Of a DNA stretch of 64,000 nt, positions 1 through 9,908 are shown one piece after another. Made by a program: the position numbers and the translations under genes. Position 1 is the stretch's first letter, and every line of letters begins with the position of its first letter. This DNA comes from a bacterium (lineage in GTDB: Bacteria; Verrucomicrobiota; Verrucomicrobiia; Limisphaerales; UBA11358), in the NCBI GenBank assembly GCA_021817945.1, contig JAKAFL010000013.1, positions 4,559 to 68,558 on the forward strand, given 5' to 3'. Below the pieces are notes generated by a model that saw only the letters and a program-made list of their open reading frames with translations, did no database searches and was not told the origin of the DNA.

Positions 1-53
1 GCCCCGGCAAGCCCTGCCGCCGCTTAATCAAGGTTCATCCCATTTTGACATTC

Positions 54-81
54 AAGGCACCCTTCAATGGGTGCCTTTTTC
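54..81 (+). terminator. Intrinsic terminator of a gene ending at ~27
   Basis: AAGGCACCC-ttcaat-GGGTGCCTT stem running into a T tract, just after an in-frame TAA at 25-27. Confidence 0.75.
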
Positions 82-340
82 ATTGGCTTGGCCACAATTG
101 CATGGAAGTCAGGACATTCTAAAAAAACGCCCTGGCGATCGGGTTTATCGCTGCAGGAAGAGGCACCCAGTTTGGAACCCGAGCCATTCACATTGCAAGT
201 CCATGTCATTGAAAATGATACACAAATATTGAAACATAATGAAGGCGAAAGATTCAACAGGTTTGGATTTGACTGACCCCTCTTTGGGAGGTACCCTCCC
301 GGCCAGTCCATCACATGGAGTGAGGATGAAATTTTACTAT

Positions 341-538
341 ATGTCTGAAGGATACTGTGTCAAATGCAAAGCCAAGAAGATCATCGCCGATGGCGTTGAA
401 GAAACCATGAAAAATGGGCGCAAAGCCATCAAAGGCAAGTGTCCCACGTGCGGTACGGGGATGTATAAGATTTTAGGAAAATCCGCCAGCGCCAGCCCCT
501 CCTCCACACCACCCGCCGCACCTCCCGCACAGGCTTGA
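341..538 (+). CDS. Small zinc-ribbon protein, DUF5679-like
   Basis: YCVKCK...MKNGRKAIKGKCPTCGT: two CxxC pairs, basic, Pro/Ala tail; ATG at 341. Confidence 0.75.
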   Translation: MSEGYCVKCKAKKIIADGVEETMKNGRKAIKGKCPTCGTGMYKILGKSASASPSSTPPAAPPAQA

Positions 539-548
539 TTGTTTATTT

Positions 549-1721
549 ATGTCTCAACAACTTGCCTACGTCATCATCACGCCCTATTCGCTCTACAAAT
601 CGCGAACCGGCGGCATTCTGAGCCGGTTGATCAGCCGGACGGGGTTGGATTTGGTGGATTTGCGGATGTTCGCGCCCAGTATTGACCTGGTCCGCGAATA
701 TGCGCAAACCATCGTCTCGGCCCACGACACGCAGGACCGGAAAATCCAGGAGATGCTGCGCGAATATGTGCTCCAGCAACTCAGCCCGGATCCCAAGACC
801 GGATTGCGGCGCAGGGTGATGATGCTGCTTTTCCGGGGCGATGAAGCGGTGCGCAAAGTGCGCTCCGTGGTGGGCAACCTTAGTCCAGACAGGCGCGGCG
901 GAGAAACCATCCGCGATACCTACAGTGATCTCATCCTGGATGAAGACGGCAGTGTGCGGTATTTTGAACCCGCGGTGCTGGCAGCCCCCAATGCCAGCGA
1001 ATCAGAAACCAAACTGAAGCTCTGGGCGCGATTCTCTGAAAAGGATGGCGGCATCCTCGAAAATGTCATCACTTACAATCCCGGCGAACGCCCGGAACGC
1101 ACCTTGGTGCTGATCAAGCCGGACAATTTTCGTTTTGCCACGGGCCGTCCCGGCAACGTGATTGACTTTTTTTCACGAACCGGGCTTTTCATCGTGGGAG
1201 CCAAGGTCCTCCGCATGAGCACAGCCCAAGCCATGGAATTTTACGGGCCCGTGCGTGAATTCCTGCGCACCAAACTCAAGGATGGGGTCAGCGCCAAGGC
1301 CAAGGACCTGCTGGAAAAAGAATTCGGTTTCTCCATTTCACCCGAAAATCAAAAAGCCCTGGGCGACATCCTGGGTCCCATTCAAGGCGACAGCCAGTTC
1401 GACAACATTGTGCGCTTCATGTCCGGCCATGCGCCGGGGGAAATCCCCCAAAGCGAATGGACCCTGCCCGGAACCGAGAAGTGCATCGCCTTGGTTTACG
1501 AGGGCATGAATGCGGTCTCAAAAATTCGGGATGTCCTGGGACCCACGGATCCCTCCAAGGCCCCCCCGGGCAGCATTCGCCGTGAATTTGGTTCCACCAT
1601 CATGGTCAATGCCGCTCATGCCAGCGATTCCCCCGAAAGCGCCCAGCGCGAGTTCGGAATCGTCAAACCGGGTGAAAATCATTTTCGCCAGGTCATCGAG
1701 GAATCCTACGGTAAAATTTAA
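549..1721 (+). CDS. ndk: Nucleoside-diphosphate kinase, tandem-domain form
   Basis: RTLVLIKPD, GPTDP..APPGSIRREFG and NAAHASDS in the C-terminal domain; degenerate N-terminal copy. Confidence 0.85.
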   Translation: MSQQLAYVIITPYSLYKSRTGGILSRLISRTGLDLVDLRMFAPSIDLVREYAQTIVSAHDTQDRKIQEMLREYVLQQLSPDPKTGLRRRVMMLLFRGDEAVRKVRSVVGNLSPDRRGGETIRDTYSDLILDEDGSVRYFEPAVLAAPNASESETKLKLWARFSEKDGGILENVITYNPGERPERTLVLIKPDNFRFATGRPGNVIDFFSRTGLFIVGAKVLRMSTAQAMEFYGPVREFLRTKLKDGVSAKAKDLLEKEFGFSISPENQKALGDILGPIQGDSQFDNIVRFMSGHAPGEIPQSEWTLPGTEKCIALVYEGMNAVSKIRDVLGPTDPSKAPPGSIRREFGSTIMVNAAHASDSPESAQREFGIVKPGENHFRQVIEESYGKI

Positions 1722-2410
1722 AACCCTCCCAAGCTTCATTCCAAGCGGGGCATGTCATCAGGACATTCCCCGCATTTTTGTCTCCCCAAAAAGTGGATGG
1801 CCACAATGTGGGGATTCGATTGCAAGGATTGGGAATGCGATGTCATGGCGCCCCATTGCCCCATCACACCAGGCAGGGCCGTGGAAAATATCCAAGGGTC
1901 CAATGATTATTCTTTGGAGCCCGCTTGCATCCGCTGGCACCCCCTTCCAAGCGCCATCAGCCGGGCTAGAATCAGACCGAAGCATTATAACGAGTTATAC
2001 TTAAACATGTTGCAATCGCACAGCCAGGCATTGAAATTTCCGCCCGTCAAAAACTGCTGAACTTTTGGCCCAGTGGATGGTCTATAGGAGATCTATATGG
2101 AATCTCATTTGTGAAAAACACAAAGAACGGTTTGCGACATGAAACAATCTTGCTTGAGGGCTTGGCTGGGATGGATTCATGAGGAAGCAGCGACGCCAGG
2201 ACCTTTCCAGTGCGTATGCCGGGATTTTCCCCAATTTAATCCAGAAATTGTTTCATGCTCTTCCAAGTTGGGATAAATTCCAGCATTTTGAGACTCGCAA
2301 GAACCACAGAATCTGCATGAAACCTATTACTTTGGGATGGACAAACCGGGTGGTTTTCCGGTCTATTAATCGTTTTACACCAGCCACAAATTTGAGCAAC
2401 CGAGGTCAAG

Positions 2411-5400
2411 ATGGAAATACCTAAGAAATCGAATTCTAAAACCAACGCGTCCGAGGGCGGGAACAAGCACCAAGGCAAGGTGACAACGGTGCCGCCTGAG
2501 GCGGTTCCTTTGCCGCCAATGTTCCGGCGGGTGGACTGGCTTACTTTTGGGCTGACCTTCCTGATTATCTGGGTGGTTTACCTCTGGACACTCGCCCCGG
2601 AGCTGACCTTGGAGGATTCAGGGGAATTGTGCACGGGTTCTTTCTATGCGGGCATACCCCACCCTCCAGGATACCCGTTCTGGGCCATTTACAGTTGGTT
2701 TTGGACCTTTATCCTGCCGATCGGCAATGTGGCGTGGCGCGTGGAGGTGGGGCAGTCCTTCGCCGCCGCCATGGGCTGCGGGATGCTGGCAATGATGGTT
2801 TCGCGCGGCAGCAGCATGCTCATGGAGGGCATTGAAGACCTGGCCAACATTCCACGGACTTGGGAAAGCTCCATTTGTTTCGTGTCCGGATTGGTCAGCG
2901 GGCTGCTGACCGGGTTGGACGGTTTCATGTGGGGTGAATCCGTGGTCATCAACCGGATTTCAGTTTTTGCGGTGCCTTGGATGATCGCGGTGACCCTGTG
3001 CCTGATGCGATGGTCCTACACTCCGGCCAGGCTGCGTTACTTGTACCTTGGCATGTTCCTCTACGGCATCTGCGCCACCATCCACCAAACCATGTTGCTC
3101 AGCGCGATGGGGGTGGAAGTGATCATCATCATGGCGCAACCCAGGTTGGGTCGTAGTTTTGCCCTCACCAACGGCGTTCTCTACCTCTGTATTTCCATAG
3201 CCAAGTACTACCTTCAAATCCCCGCCCTGCAAGCCATGGCAAGCGTCGAGACGGATGTCTTCAATGTGGTTGGAATTGTCTCCATCGGAGCCTACATCTG
3301 GCTGGCGGCCATCACCAAGATAAGCCCCCAGGAATTGCTTCGCGACGCCGCATGGTTCGGAATATTCCTATTTTTCGCCATGGCAGCCACGGGCTGGGGT
3401 CTTTTTGGCGTCCTATTATGCCTGGCATGCCTGGCGGCATTCATCAAGCTCGCCTGGGATACCCGCAAGTTGGACTACGGATGGCTTGTCATCATCCTCT
3501 GCGGCCTGGTTTGGATTTTGGGTGTTTCCTTTTATTTCTATGAAGCCATTTCCTGCATGACGGATCCTCCCATGCAATGGGGGTACCCACGAACGGTCGA
3601 AGGTTTCTTCCACGCCTTGAGCCGCGGGCAATACAACTCCGTCAGCAACGGTCCTTTTTTTGAGGGATTCGGAAGGATGGTTTTCCAACTCTGGTACCTT
3701 ATCCAGGGCTTGGCGGAATCCTTTAGCTGGGTGCTGATTTTTGTAGGACTGCTTCCGTTCCTGATCATTGGCCGCATGCATCGTCGGGAAAGGGGCTGGA
3801 TCATCGGCATCACCTCCATGTATTTCTGCCTGGCCGTTTTGCTGGTGCGCCTTTTGGACGTCACCCCGGACCTGTCCACCACTGACTTGAACGAGGTTTT
3901 TCTCACGGCATCCCACGCCCTTTTCGCCATTTTGATCGGGTATGGGCTGACCGTGATCGCTGCCTACGTGGCCAATCACTATGCAACAGTCCGCAAATGG
4001 TGCTTTGTGGGTGGATCGCTTGCCGTGCTCCTTGCCTTTTATTGCCTGGTCAAGGCAGTGGGCAAATTGTACTTCGGCCAATCGGGCCAGATGAGAATCT
4101 CGTGGCTGCCGTTCAATGACTGGATCGGCTGGGGCTATCTGGCATTTGGCCCAAAAGGCCAGTTTGGAATTGGAGATCTTTTCCATTGGGTGGTCCAGGC
4201 TTTTGCCCCGCATCAGTACGGATTGCCGGTTCTGGCCAGCCTCGTCCTCATGGCTCTCCCGGTCCTTTTCATGATTGCCCTGGTGGTTTACAAAAACCGG
4301 GGACCGGTGCTGATCCTCCTTGCTCTCATCCTGGTCACACCCATTTTTTCAGCCATGACCCACTGGTACACCAGCGAGCAGCGCAACCACTGGTTCGGAT
4401 ACTGGTTTGGCCATGACATGTTCACCCCGCCTTTCGTGGACACGAATGGCAAATTCAGTTACGACAACTCCCGGCGCGCGGAATTATTAAAGGACCCATC
4501 CAAAGCCAGCCTGATCTATCCGGAAATGGCGCGCGACACGATCCTGTTTGGTGGAACCGACCCCGGCCGCTTCTGCCCCACCTACATCATTTTCTGCGAA
4601 AGTTTCATCCCCCACTATTGCCAACCCAAGCAAGACCAGAAGTTTGACCGTCGTGACGTGTATATCATCACCCAGAATGCGCTGGCCGATGGCACTTATC
4701 TCGACTACCTGCGGGCGCAATACAACCGGTCCAAGCAGACTGATCCGCCCTTTTTCAGCCGGTTTTTTCGCTATGTCACCACCCTTCTCACCGGCGTGGG
4801 TAAAGGTTCGGTGGCTGTGGATGGATCAGACCTGGGCAGCGGCGATTCCGGAAACGCAGTCGTGGAAGGAATCTGCTCACTGCTCAATTACACCTTGGAT
4901 GTGCCGTTCACCAAATGGGGTGCCTATGTGGAGAAATACCGCCGGGCCGAGGGTGTCTATCCCCCGAAAGAGATTTACATTCCCACGCCAACCGATTCCC
5001 AGAATTGTTTTCAAAGCTATGAGGAAGACGTGGCTCGGCGCCAGCAACTGGGCCAGTTGAAACCCGGCGAGGATGTCAACGTGGAAAACGGCAGGGTTCA
5101 GGTTTCCGGCCAGGTGGCGGTCATGGAAATCAATGGCCTGCTTTGCAAGGTCATATTTGACCAAAACCCCACCAATGAGTTTTACGTGGAGGAAAGTTTT
5201 CCCCTGGATTGGATGTACAACTACGAGACCCCGTTCGGGATCATCATGAAAATCAACCGGCAACCGGTTTATGAGTTGAGCGACGACGTCTTCAAGCGGG
5301 ACCACCTTTTTTGGTCCACCTATTCGGAACGTTTGTGCGGCAATTGGATCAACTATGACACTTCCGTGAAGCAGATTGCCGACTTTGTGGATCAGGTGTA

Positions 5401-6256
5401 CATCAAGCACAATTACAAGGGTTACACGGGCAATCCGGCATTTGTGCGGGATGAGGACGCCCAAAAGGCATTTTCCAAGCTCCGGAGTTCACAGGCCGGA
5501 ATGTATGCCTGGAGATGCGCGCCCACCTGCCCTCCGGAATACCGCCAGAAAACCCCGGCCAGCCAGGAAGCTTTGCGTCGGGAGGCGGATTTCGCATTCA
5601 AACAGGCTTTTGCCTTCTGTCCCTACAGCCCGGAGGCGGTCTATCGTTATATAAACTTCCTTCTTCAATACGGCAGACTGGACGATGCTTTAATTGTGGC
5701 GCAGACCTGCCAGAAGCTGGATCCATTTAACGACCAGATAGCCGGGACCGTGGAGCAGTTGAAGAACTATAAATCCCAAAACACCGAAAGGACCCAGGCC
5801 ATTGCCCAATTAGGTTCCATGGAAGACACGGCACGCACCAACCCGGACAACATCTCCAACCTGATCCGGCTCGGCGGAACCTACCTGGCCATGCAAAACA
5901 CCAATCAAGGTTTCCATTTCCTTGACGAGGCCCTCAAATCCCCGGCCATCAGTTACCAGGACGCCACGGCGGTGGCTCAATATTTTGAGCAAATGGGAAA
6001 CATAACTGGTTTTCAAGGCGCAATGGAGCGGCTGGTTGAAATCGCCCCCACCGAACCGGACCCTCCTTTCCACCTGGCCGAGGTCATGGCCGTGACCGGT
6101 CATCCTGACCAAGCTCTGGCATATTTGAGGCAGGCAGTGGCCCTAAGCCGCAAAAAAAGTTCCGCCAGCAACCTGGCCAGCCAGGCAGCCATGGACCCCA
6201 ACCTGGCCCCCCTGCGAAACCTTCCTGAATTCCAAAAAATCATTTCAGGCAATTGA
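2411..6256 (+). CDS. DUF2723/TMEM260-like polytopic membrane glycosyltransferase with C-terminal TPR-like repeats
   Basis: TLAP...EDSGEL....GIPHPPGYP signature, many hydrophobic helices, helical repeat C-terminus. Confidence 0.8.
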   Translation: MEIPKKSNSKTNASEGGNKHQGKVTTVPPEAVPLPPMFRRVDWLTFGLTFLIIWVVYLWTLAPELTLEDSGELCTGSFYAGIPHPPGYPFWAIYSWFWTFILPIGNVAWRVEVGQSFAAAMGCGMLAMMVSRGSSMLMEGIEDLANIPRTWESSICFVSGLVSGLLTGLDGFMWGESVVINRISVFAVPWMIAVTLCLMRWSYTPARLRYLYLGMFLYGICATIHQTMLLSAMGVEVIIIMAQPRLGRSFALTNGVLYLCISIAKYYLQIPALQAMASVETDVFNVVGIVSIGAYIWLAAITKISPQELLRDAAWFGIFLFFAMAATGWGLFGVLLCLACLAAFIKLAWDTRKLDYGWLVIILCGLVWILGVSFYFYEAISCMTDPPMQWGYPRTVEGFFHALSRGQYNSVSNGPFFEGFGRMVFQLWYLIQGLAESFSWVLIFVGLLPFLIIGRMHRRERGWIIGITSMYFCLAVLLVRLLDVTPDLSTTDLNEVFLTASHALFAILIGYGLTVIAAYVANHYATVRKWCFVGGSLAVLLAFYCLVKAVGKLYFGQSGQMRISWLPFNDWIGWGYLAFGPKGQFGIGDLFHWVVQAFAPHQYGLPVLASLVLMALPVLFMIALVVYKNRGPVLILLALILVTPIFSAMTHWYTSEQRNHWFGYWFGHDMFTPPFVDTNGKFSYDNSRRAELLKDPSKASLIYPEMARDTILFGGTDPGRFCPTYIIFCESFIPHYCQPKQDQKFDRRDVYIITQNALADGTYLDYLRAQYNRSKQTDPPFFSRFFRYVTTLLTGVGKGSVAVDGSDLGSGDSGNAVVEGICSLLNYTLDVPFTKWGAYVEKYRRAEGVYPPKEIYIPTPTDSQNCFQSYEEDVARRQQLGQLKPGEDVNVENGRVQVSGQVAVMEINGLLCKVIFDQNPTNEFYVEESFPLDWMYNYETPFGIIMKINRQPVYELSDDVFKRDHLFWSTYSERLCGNWINYDTSVKQIADFVDQVYIKHNYKGYTGNPAFVRDEDAQKAFSKLRSSQAGMYAWRCAPTCPPEYRQKTPASQEALRREADFAFKQAFAFCPYSPEAVYRYINFLLQYGRLDDALIVAQTCQKLDPFNDQIAGTVEQLKNYKSQNTERTQAIAQLGSMEDTARTNPDNISNLIRLGGTYLAMQNTNQGFHFLDEALKSPAISYQDATAVAQYFEQMGNITGFQGAMERLVEIAPTEPDPPFHLAEVMAVTGHPDQALAYLRQAVALSRKKSSASNLASQAAMDPNLAPLRNLPEFQKIISGN

Positions 6257-6362
6257 GCCCCAACCCCCTCCCGGGGATGACGGGATTGAACGTCGGCAGT
6301 GGGCGGTGGAACCCGCCCCTGCCACATTCAACCCGCGTCGGTTGGCAGCCTTGCTGACTTGA

Positions 6363-6526
6363 AACCGAAAAACGAAAATCAAAAGGCCAATCTGCCCCAA
6401 TCTGCCGGGCGCAAACTCGTTGAAAAAATTTCACCAAACCGCTTCGGGTGTGATTTCGATTTTTCCAAAGAGTTTCCGCTCCAGTATCTTGCCGCATCTT
6501 GACCCTTTCCATTTCGCTTTTCGGGT
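6363..6526. mobile_element. MITE family A, full copy (164 bp)
   Basis: Terminal inverted repeats AACCGAAAAACGAAA / TTTCGCTTTTCGGGT, flanked by TGA on both sides; near-identical copies elsewhere in the window. Confidence 0.85.
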
Positions 6527-6601
6527 TGAAATAACCCAACCAACCGTTGCCGAAACCGGCGCCTTTTGCTATTTTGACTGGCTGAAAATTTTATTAAATC
6601 C

Positions 6602-7183
6602 ATGAGCAAGCGAGAAGCAGAGTCGAATCCCTCGGAAAAAGGCGCAGACCAGAATCCTCCCATCCCATCGGATGGCAAGGGGCATGAAAACGTTGAAGAG
6701 CTCAAAGCGCGGGCCTCCAAAGCCGATGAGCATTGGGAACGGCTGCTGCGGACCACTGCGGATTTTGACAATTTCAAAAAACGCGCCGCGCGGGAGAAAA
6801 CCGAGGCCATCCAGTTTGCCAATGCCGCACTGATGCAGAAATTGCTTCCGGTGCTGGACAATTTTGAGATGGCACTGCAGGCGGCGGAATCCGTCCAGGA
6901 CGAAAAGCTGGCCCCGGTGAAATCCGGTGTTTTGATGATCCAGCAACAACTCCGCGGAGCGCTTGCGGAAAGCGGCTTGGAAGAGGTGAACGCCGCAGGC
7001 AAACCCTTTGATCCAGCCTTGCATGAGGCCGTTTCACAGCAGGAATCCCAGGAAATCCAGGAAGGCCACGTCCTTCAGCAATTGCGCAAGGGCTATCGCC
7101 TCAAGGAACGGCTGCTGCGGCCTGCTTCCGTGGTGGTGGCAAAGGCCGCATCAACTTCCGCCAAGGACTCTCAAGCCGCCTGA
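6602..7183 (+). CDS. grpE: Nucleotide exchange factor GrpE
   Basis: ADFDNFKKR, LLPVLDNFE, FDPALHEAV, KGYRLKERLLRPASVVV. Confidence 0.95.
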   Translation: MSKREAESNPSEKGADQNPPIPSDGKGHENVEELKARASKADEHWERLLRTTADFDNFKKRAAREKTEAIQFANAALMQKLLPVLDNFEMALQAAESVQDEKLAPVKSGVLMIQQQLRGALAESGLEEVNAAGKPFDPALHEAVSQQESQEIQEGHVLQQLRKGYRLKERLLRPASVVVAKAASTSAKDSQAA

Positions 7184-7219
7184 TGCGCCCCATTCTAACC
7201 GCACTCACCCGCTTCAAAA

Positions 7220-8356
7220 ATGGCCAAGCGTGATTATTACGAGATACTGGAAGTAGATCGCCAGGTGGATTTGGAAACACTCAAAAAATCCTACCGCCGC
7301 CTGGCCATTAAATATCATCCAGATAAAAACCCCGGCGACAAGGCTTCCGAGGAAAAATTCAAGGAACTGAGCGAGGCTTACGAGGTGCTTGGGAACCCTG
7401 AAAAGCGGGCAGCCTACGATCAATTTGGCCATGCGGCATTTGATCCCCGCGCCAGGGCCCGTGGCGGCGGCGGCGGGTTTCATGACCCCGTTGACATCTT
7501 CCGTGAAGTGTTTGGCGGCGGGTCGGGCGGAAGCATTTTTGAAAGCATGTTTGGGGGTCAATCGGCTGACCCATCCCAGCCTCAACGCGGGGAGGACCTG
7601 CGTTATGATTTGGAAATCACCCTCGAAGAGGCGGCGCTGGGTTGTGAAAAGGAAATTTCAGTCACCAAGGCTGATACTTGCGAGGCCTGCCGGGGTTCGG
7701 GGGCGGAAACAGGGTCAAAATTGCGGTCCTGCGCCACCTGCGGCGGCAGGGGCCAGGTTCTGACATCACGCGGCATTTTCAGCTTTGCACAAACCTGCCC
7801 GCACTGCAAAGGCGCGGGACGCATCCTGGAAAAACCCTGCAAAACCTGCCGGGGCGAGGGCAAACAAAACCGCACCTCCAAAATCCGCCTGAAAATTCCC
7901 GCAGGCGTGGAGGCGGGTTCCCGACTGAGGTCCCAGGGCAACGGGGAAGCTGGATTCCGGGGTGGCCCTTCGGGCGATCTTTACGTGGTGATTTTTGTCA
8001 AAGGCCACGAGATCTTCAAGCGCGACGGGGATGATTTAATTTGCGAGGTCCCCATTTCTTTTGTTCAAGCAGCACTGGGCGCGGAAGTGGTGGTCCCCAC
8101 GCTCGAGGGGCGGGCCACCATCAAAATCCCTGCCGGCACGCAGCCGGGAACCATTTTTCGGGTGAAAGGCAAAGGGGTGAAGAACCTGCATGGCTACAGT
8201 CATGGAGACTTGCATGTGCGGGTGCAGGTGGAAGTGCCAGCGCACCTCAACGCGGAACAAAAAGCCAAGCTCTTGGAATTCGCCACCCTTTGCGATGGAA
8301 AGGAAGGCCCCATCACCCAGGGCTTTTTCCAAAAAGCCAGGCAGTTTTTCCGCTGA
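7220..8356 (+). CDS. dnaJ: Chaperone DnaJ
   Basis: J domain with HPD, G/F region, four CxxCxGxG repeats. Confidence 0.97.
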   Translation: MAKRDYYEILEVDRQVDLETLKKSYRRLAIKYHPDKNPGDKASEEKFKELSEAYEVLGNPEKRAAYDQFGHAAFDPRARARGGGGGFHDPVDIFREVFGGGSGGSIFESMFGGQSADPSQPQRGEDLRYDLEITLEEAALGCEKEISVTKADTCEACRGSGAETGSKLRSCATCGGRGQVLTSRGIFSFAQTCPHCKGAGRILEKPCKTCRGEGKQNRTSKIRLKIPAGVEAGSRLRSQGNGEAGFRGGPSGDLYVVIFVKGHEIFKRDGDDLICEVPISFVQAALGAEVVVPTLEGRATIKIPAGTQPGTIFRVKGKGVKNLHGYSHGDLHVRVQVEVPAHLNAEQKAKLLEFATLCDGKEGPITQGFFQKARQFFR

Positions 8357-8398
8357 CAATGGCCCGGGGAAAAGCCTGATCCATTCACTCTGGCCATC

Positions 8399-9154
8399 AT
8401 GCACCGCTTTTTCCAACCAGCTTGTCCTCCAGAAGCCTCCAGCCTGACCCTGACCGGAAGCGAAGCTCATCATGCGCTGAAAGTGCTGCGGGCAAAGGTT
8501 GGTGAATCCGTGGTGGTTCTGGATGGCCAAGGCCACACTTTTAATTGCCTTATCGAAAGCATCAGCCCCCACTCGCTGGGTTTAAAAGTAACGGGCCGGC
8601 TGTTTAGCCAGCCACCCCCCTGCCCCATCACCCTTTGGGTGGCCGTGCCCAAGGCCAAAGGCATGGATGGCATCATTCAAAAATTGGTGGAACTGGGTGT
8701 GGCTCGTGTGGTGCCGCTTCTGACCCAGCGTGTGGTGGCGCAATTCAACACGGAAGAAGCGCTTCAAAAACGGGAAAAATGGCATCAGGTGGCCTGCGAA
8801 GCGCTCAAGCAGTGCGGCGGCGCCTGGCTGCCCATGATTGATGCGCCCACACCCATTGCCAGGATTCTTTCCCAACCCCTCGATGTTGAACTTTCGCTGG
8901 TGGGTGCCCTGGCCTCCCCACGCTTTCACCCGGCTGAATGTTTCGCCGCGTTCAAGGCCTCTCACGGGCGCAAACCCCGTGGCGTTGGCATCTGGATTGG
9001 ACCGGAAGGCGATTTCACACCGGATGAACTCCAGGCCATCTGCCAGTGCGGAGCGAAGCCCATCACCATGGGTGAGCGGGTTTTGAGGGTGGAAACAGCC
9101 GTTATTTGCGGCCTTTCCATTTTAAGCCACGAACTGAGCGCGCCTACTTGGTGA
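8399..9154 (+). CDS. rsmE: 16S rRNA m3U1498 methyltransferase
   Basis: HALKVLR, IGPEGDF, LRVETA motifs; follows dnaJ. Confidence 0.93.
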   Translation: MHRFFQPACPPEASSLTLTGSEAHHALKVLRAKVGESVVVLDGQGHTFNCLIESISPHSLGLKVTGRLFSQPPPCPITLWVAVPKAKGMDGIIQKLVELGVARVVPLLTQRVVAQFNTEEALQKREKWHQVACEALKQCGGAWLPMIDAPTPIARILSQPLDVELSLVGALASPRFHPAECFAAFKASHGRKPRGVGIWIGPEGDFTPDELQAICQCGAKPITMGERVLRVETAVICGLSILSHELSAPTW

Positions 9155-9908
9155 TTCCCCGCTCGCTGCTTCGGACAAAATCGAGCAGATGCTTGATTTC
9201 CGGCAGCAAGGCCACCTCCTGCTCGATCCGCTGGATCGCATTGGGTATGGAGAGGCCGGACCTGAAAAGGATTTTGTAGGATTGCTTGAGGGCAACTTGC
9301 GCCTCCTCGGAAACTCCATGACGCTCCAAGCCCACCTTGTTGATGGTGCGGGTCTCGCTTGGATTGCCATCCACAATCATGTAGGGCGCCACATCCTGCG
9401 TCACCTTCGAGCAGCCGCCAATCATGGAAAGCCTGCCAACTCGGCAGAACTGGTGGACAGCCGAGACACTCATCACCGCATGGTCATCCACCTGGACATG
9501 GCCCGCCAGCATGGTGCAGTTGGACATGATGATGTGGTTGCCCAGGATGCAATCATGCGCCACATGGCTGTAAGCCAGAAAATGATTGTGGCTGCCGATC
9601 CGGGTCTCCTGGCCGTCACCCGTGGCGGCATTCACGGTCACAAATTCACGAAAGGTGTTGTGATCCCCTATTTCCGTCCGGGTGACCCCGCCCTTCCATT
9701 TTAAATCCTGGGACTTTTGCCCGATGCTGGCAAAGGGGAAAATTTCATTGCCTGTGCCCAGGCGGGTGTGCCCATCCAGGACCACATGGGAATGGAGGTG
9801 ACAACCGTTCCCCAAAACCACATTTTCGCCAACGATGCAGTAGGGTCCTATCCGGCAATCTGCGCCAATCTGCGCCCCGGGATGAATAATGGCAGTAGGA
9901 TGAATCAT
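9144..9908 (-). CDS. lpxA: UDP-N-acetylglucosamine acyltransferase
   Basis: MIHPTAII hexapeptide repeats, QDLKW, HVAHDC, HQFCRVG. Confidence 0.95.
   Translation of the reverse strand: MIHPTAIIHPGAQIGADCRIGPYCIVGENVVLGNGCHLHSHVVLDGHTRLGTGNEIFPFASIGQKSQDLKWKGGVTRTEIGDHNTFREFVTVNAATGDGQETRIGSHNHFLAYSHVAHDCILGNHIIMSNCTMLAGHVQVDDHAVMSVSAVHQFCRVGRLSMIGGCSKVTQDVAPYMIVDGNPSETRTINKVGLERHGVSEEAQVALKQSYKILFRSGLSIPNAIQRIEQEVALLPEIKHLLDFVRSSERGITK

Noticed and set aside
1722-2410. Short ORFs and weak hairpins in the ndk-DUF2723 spacer
   Set aside because: No motif, consistent codon bias or repeat partner found
6527-6601. CIRCE operator upstream of grpE-dnaJ
   Set aside because: No TTAGCACTC-N9-GAGTGCTAA match
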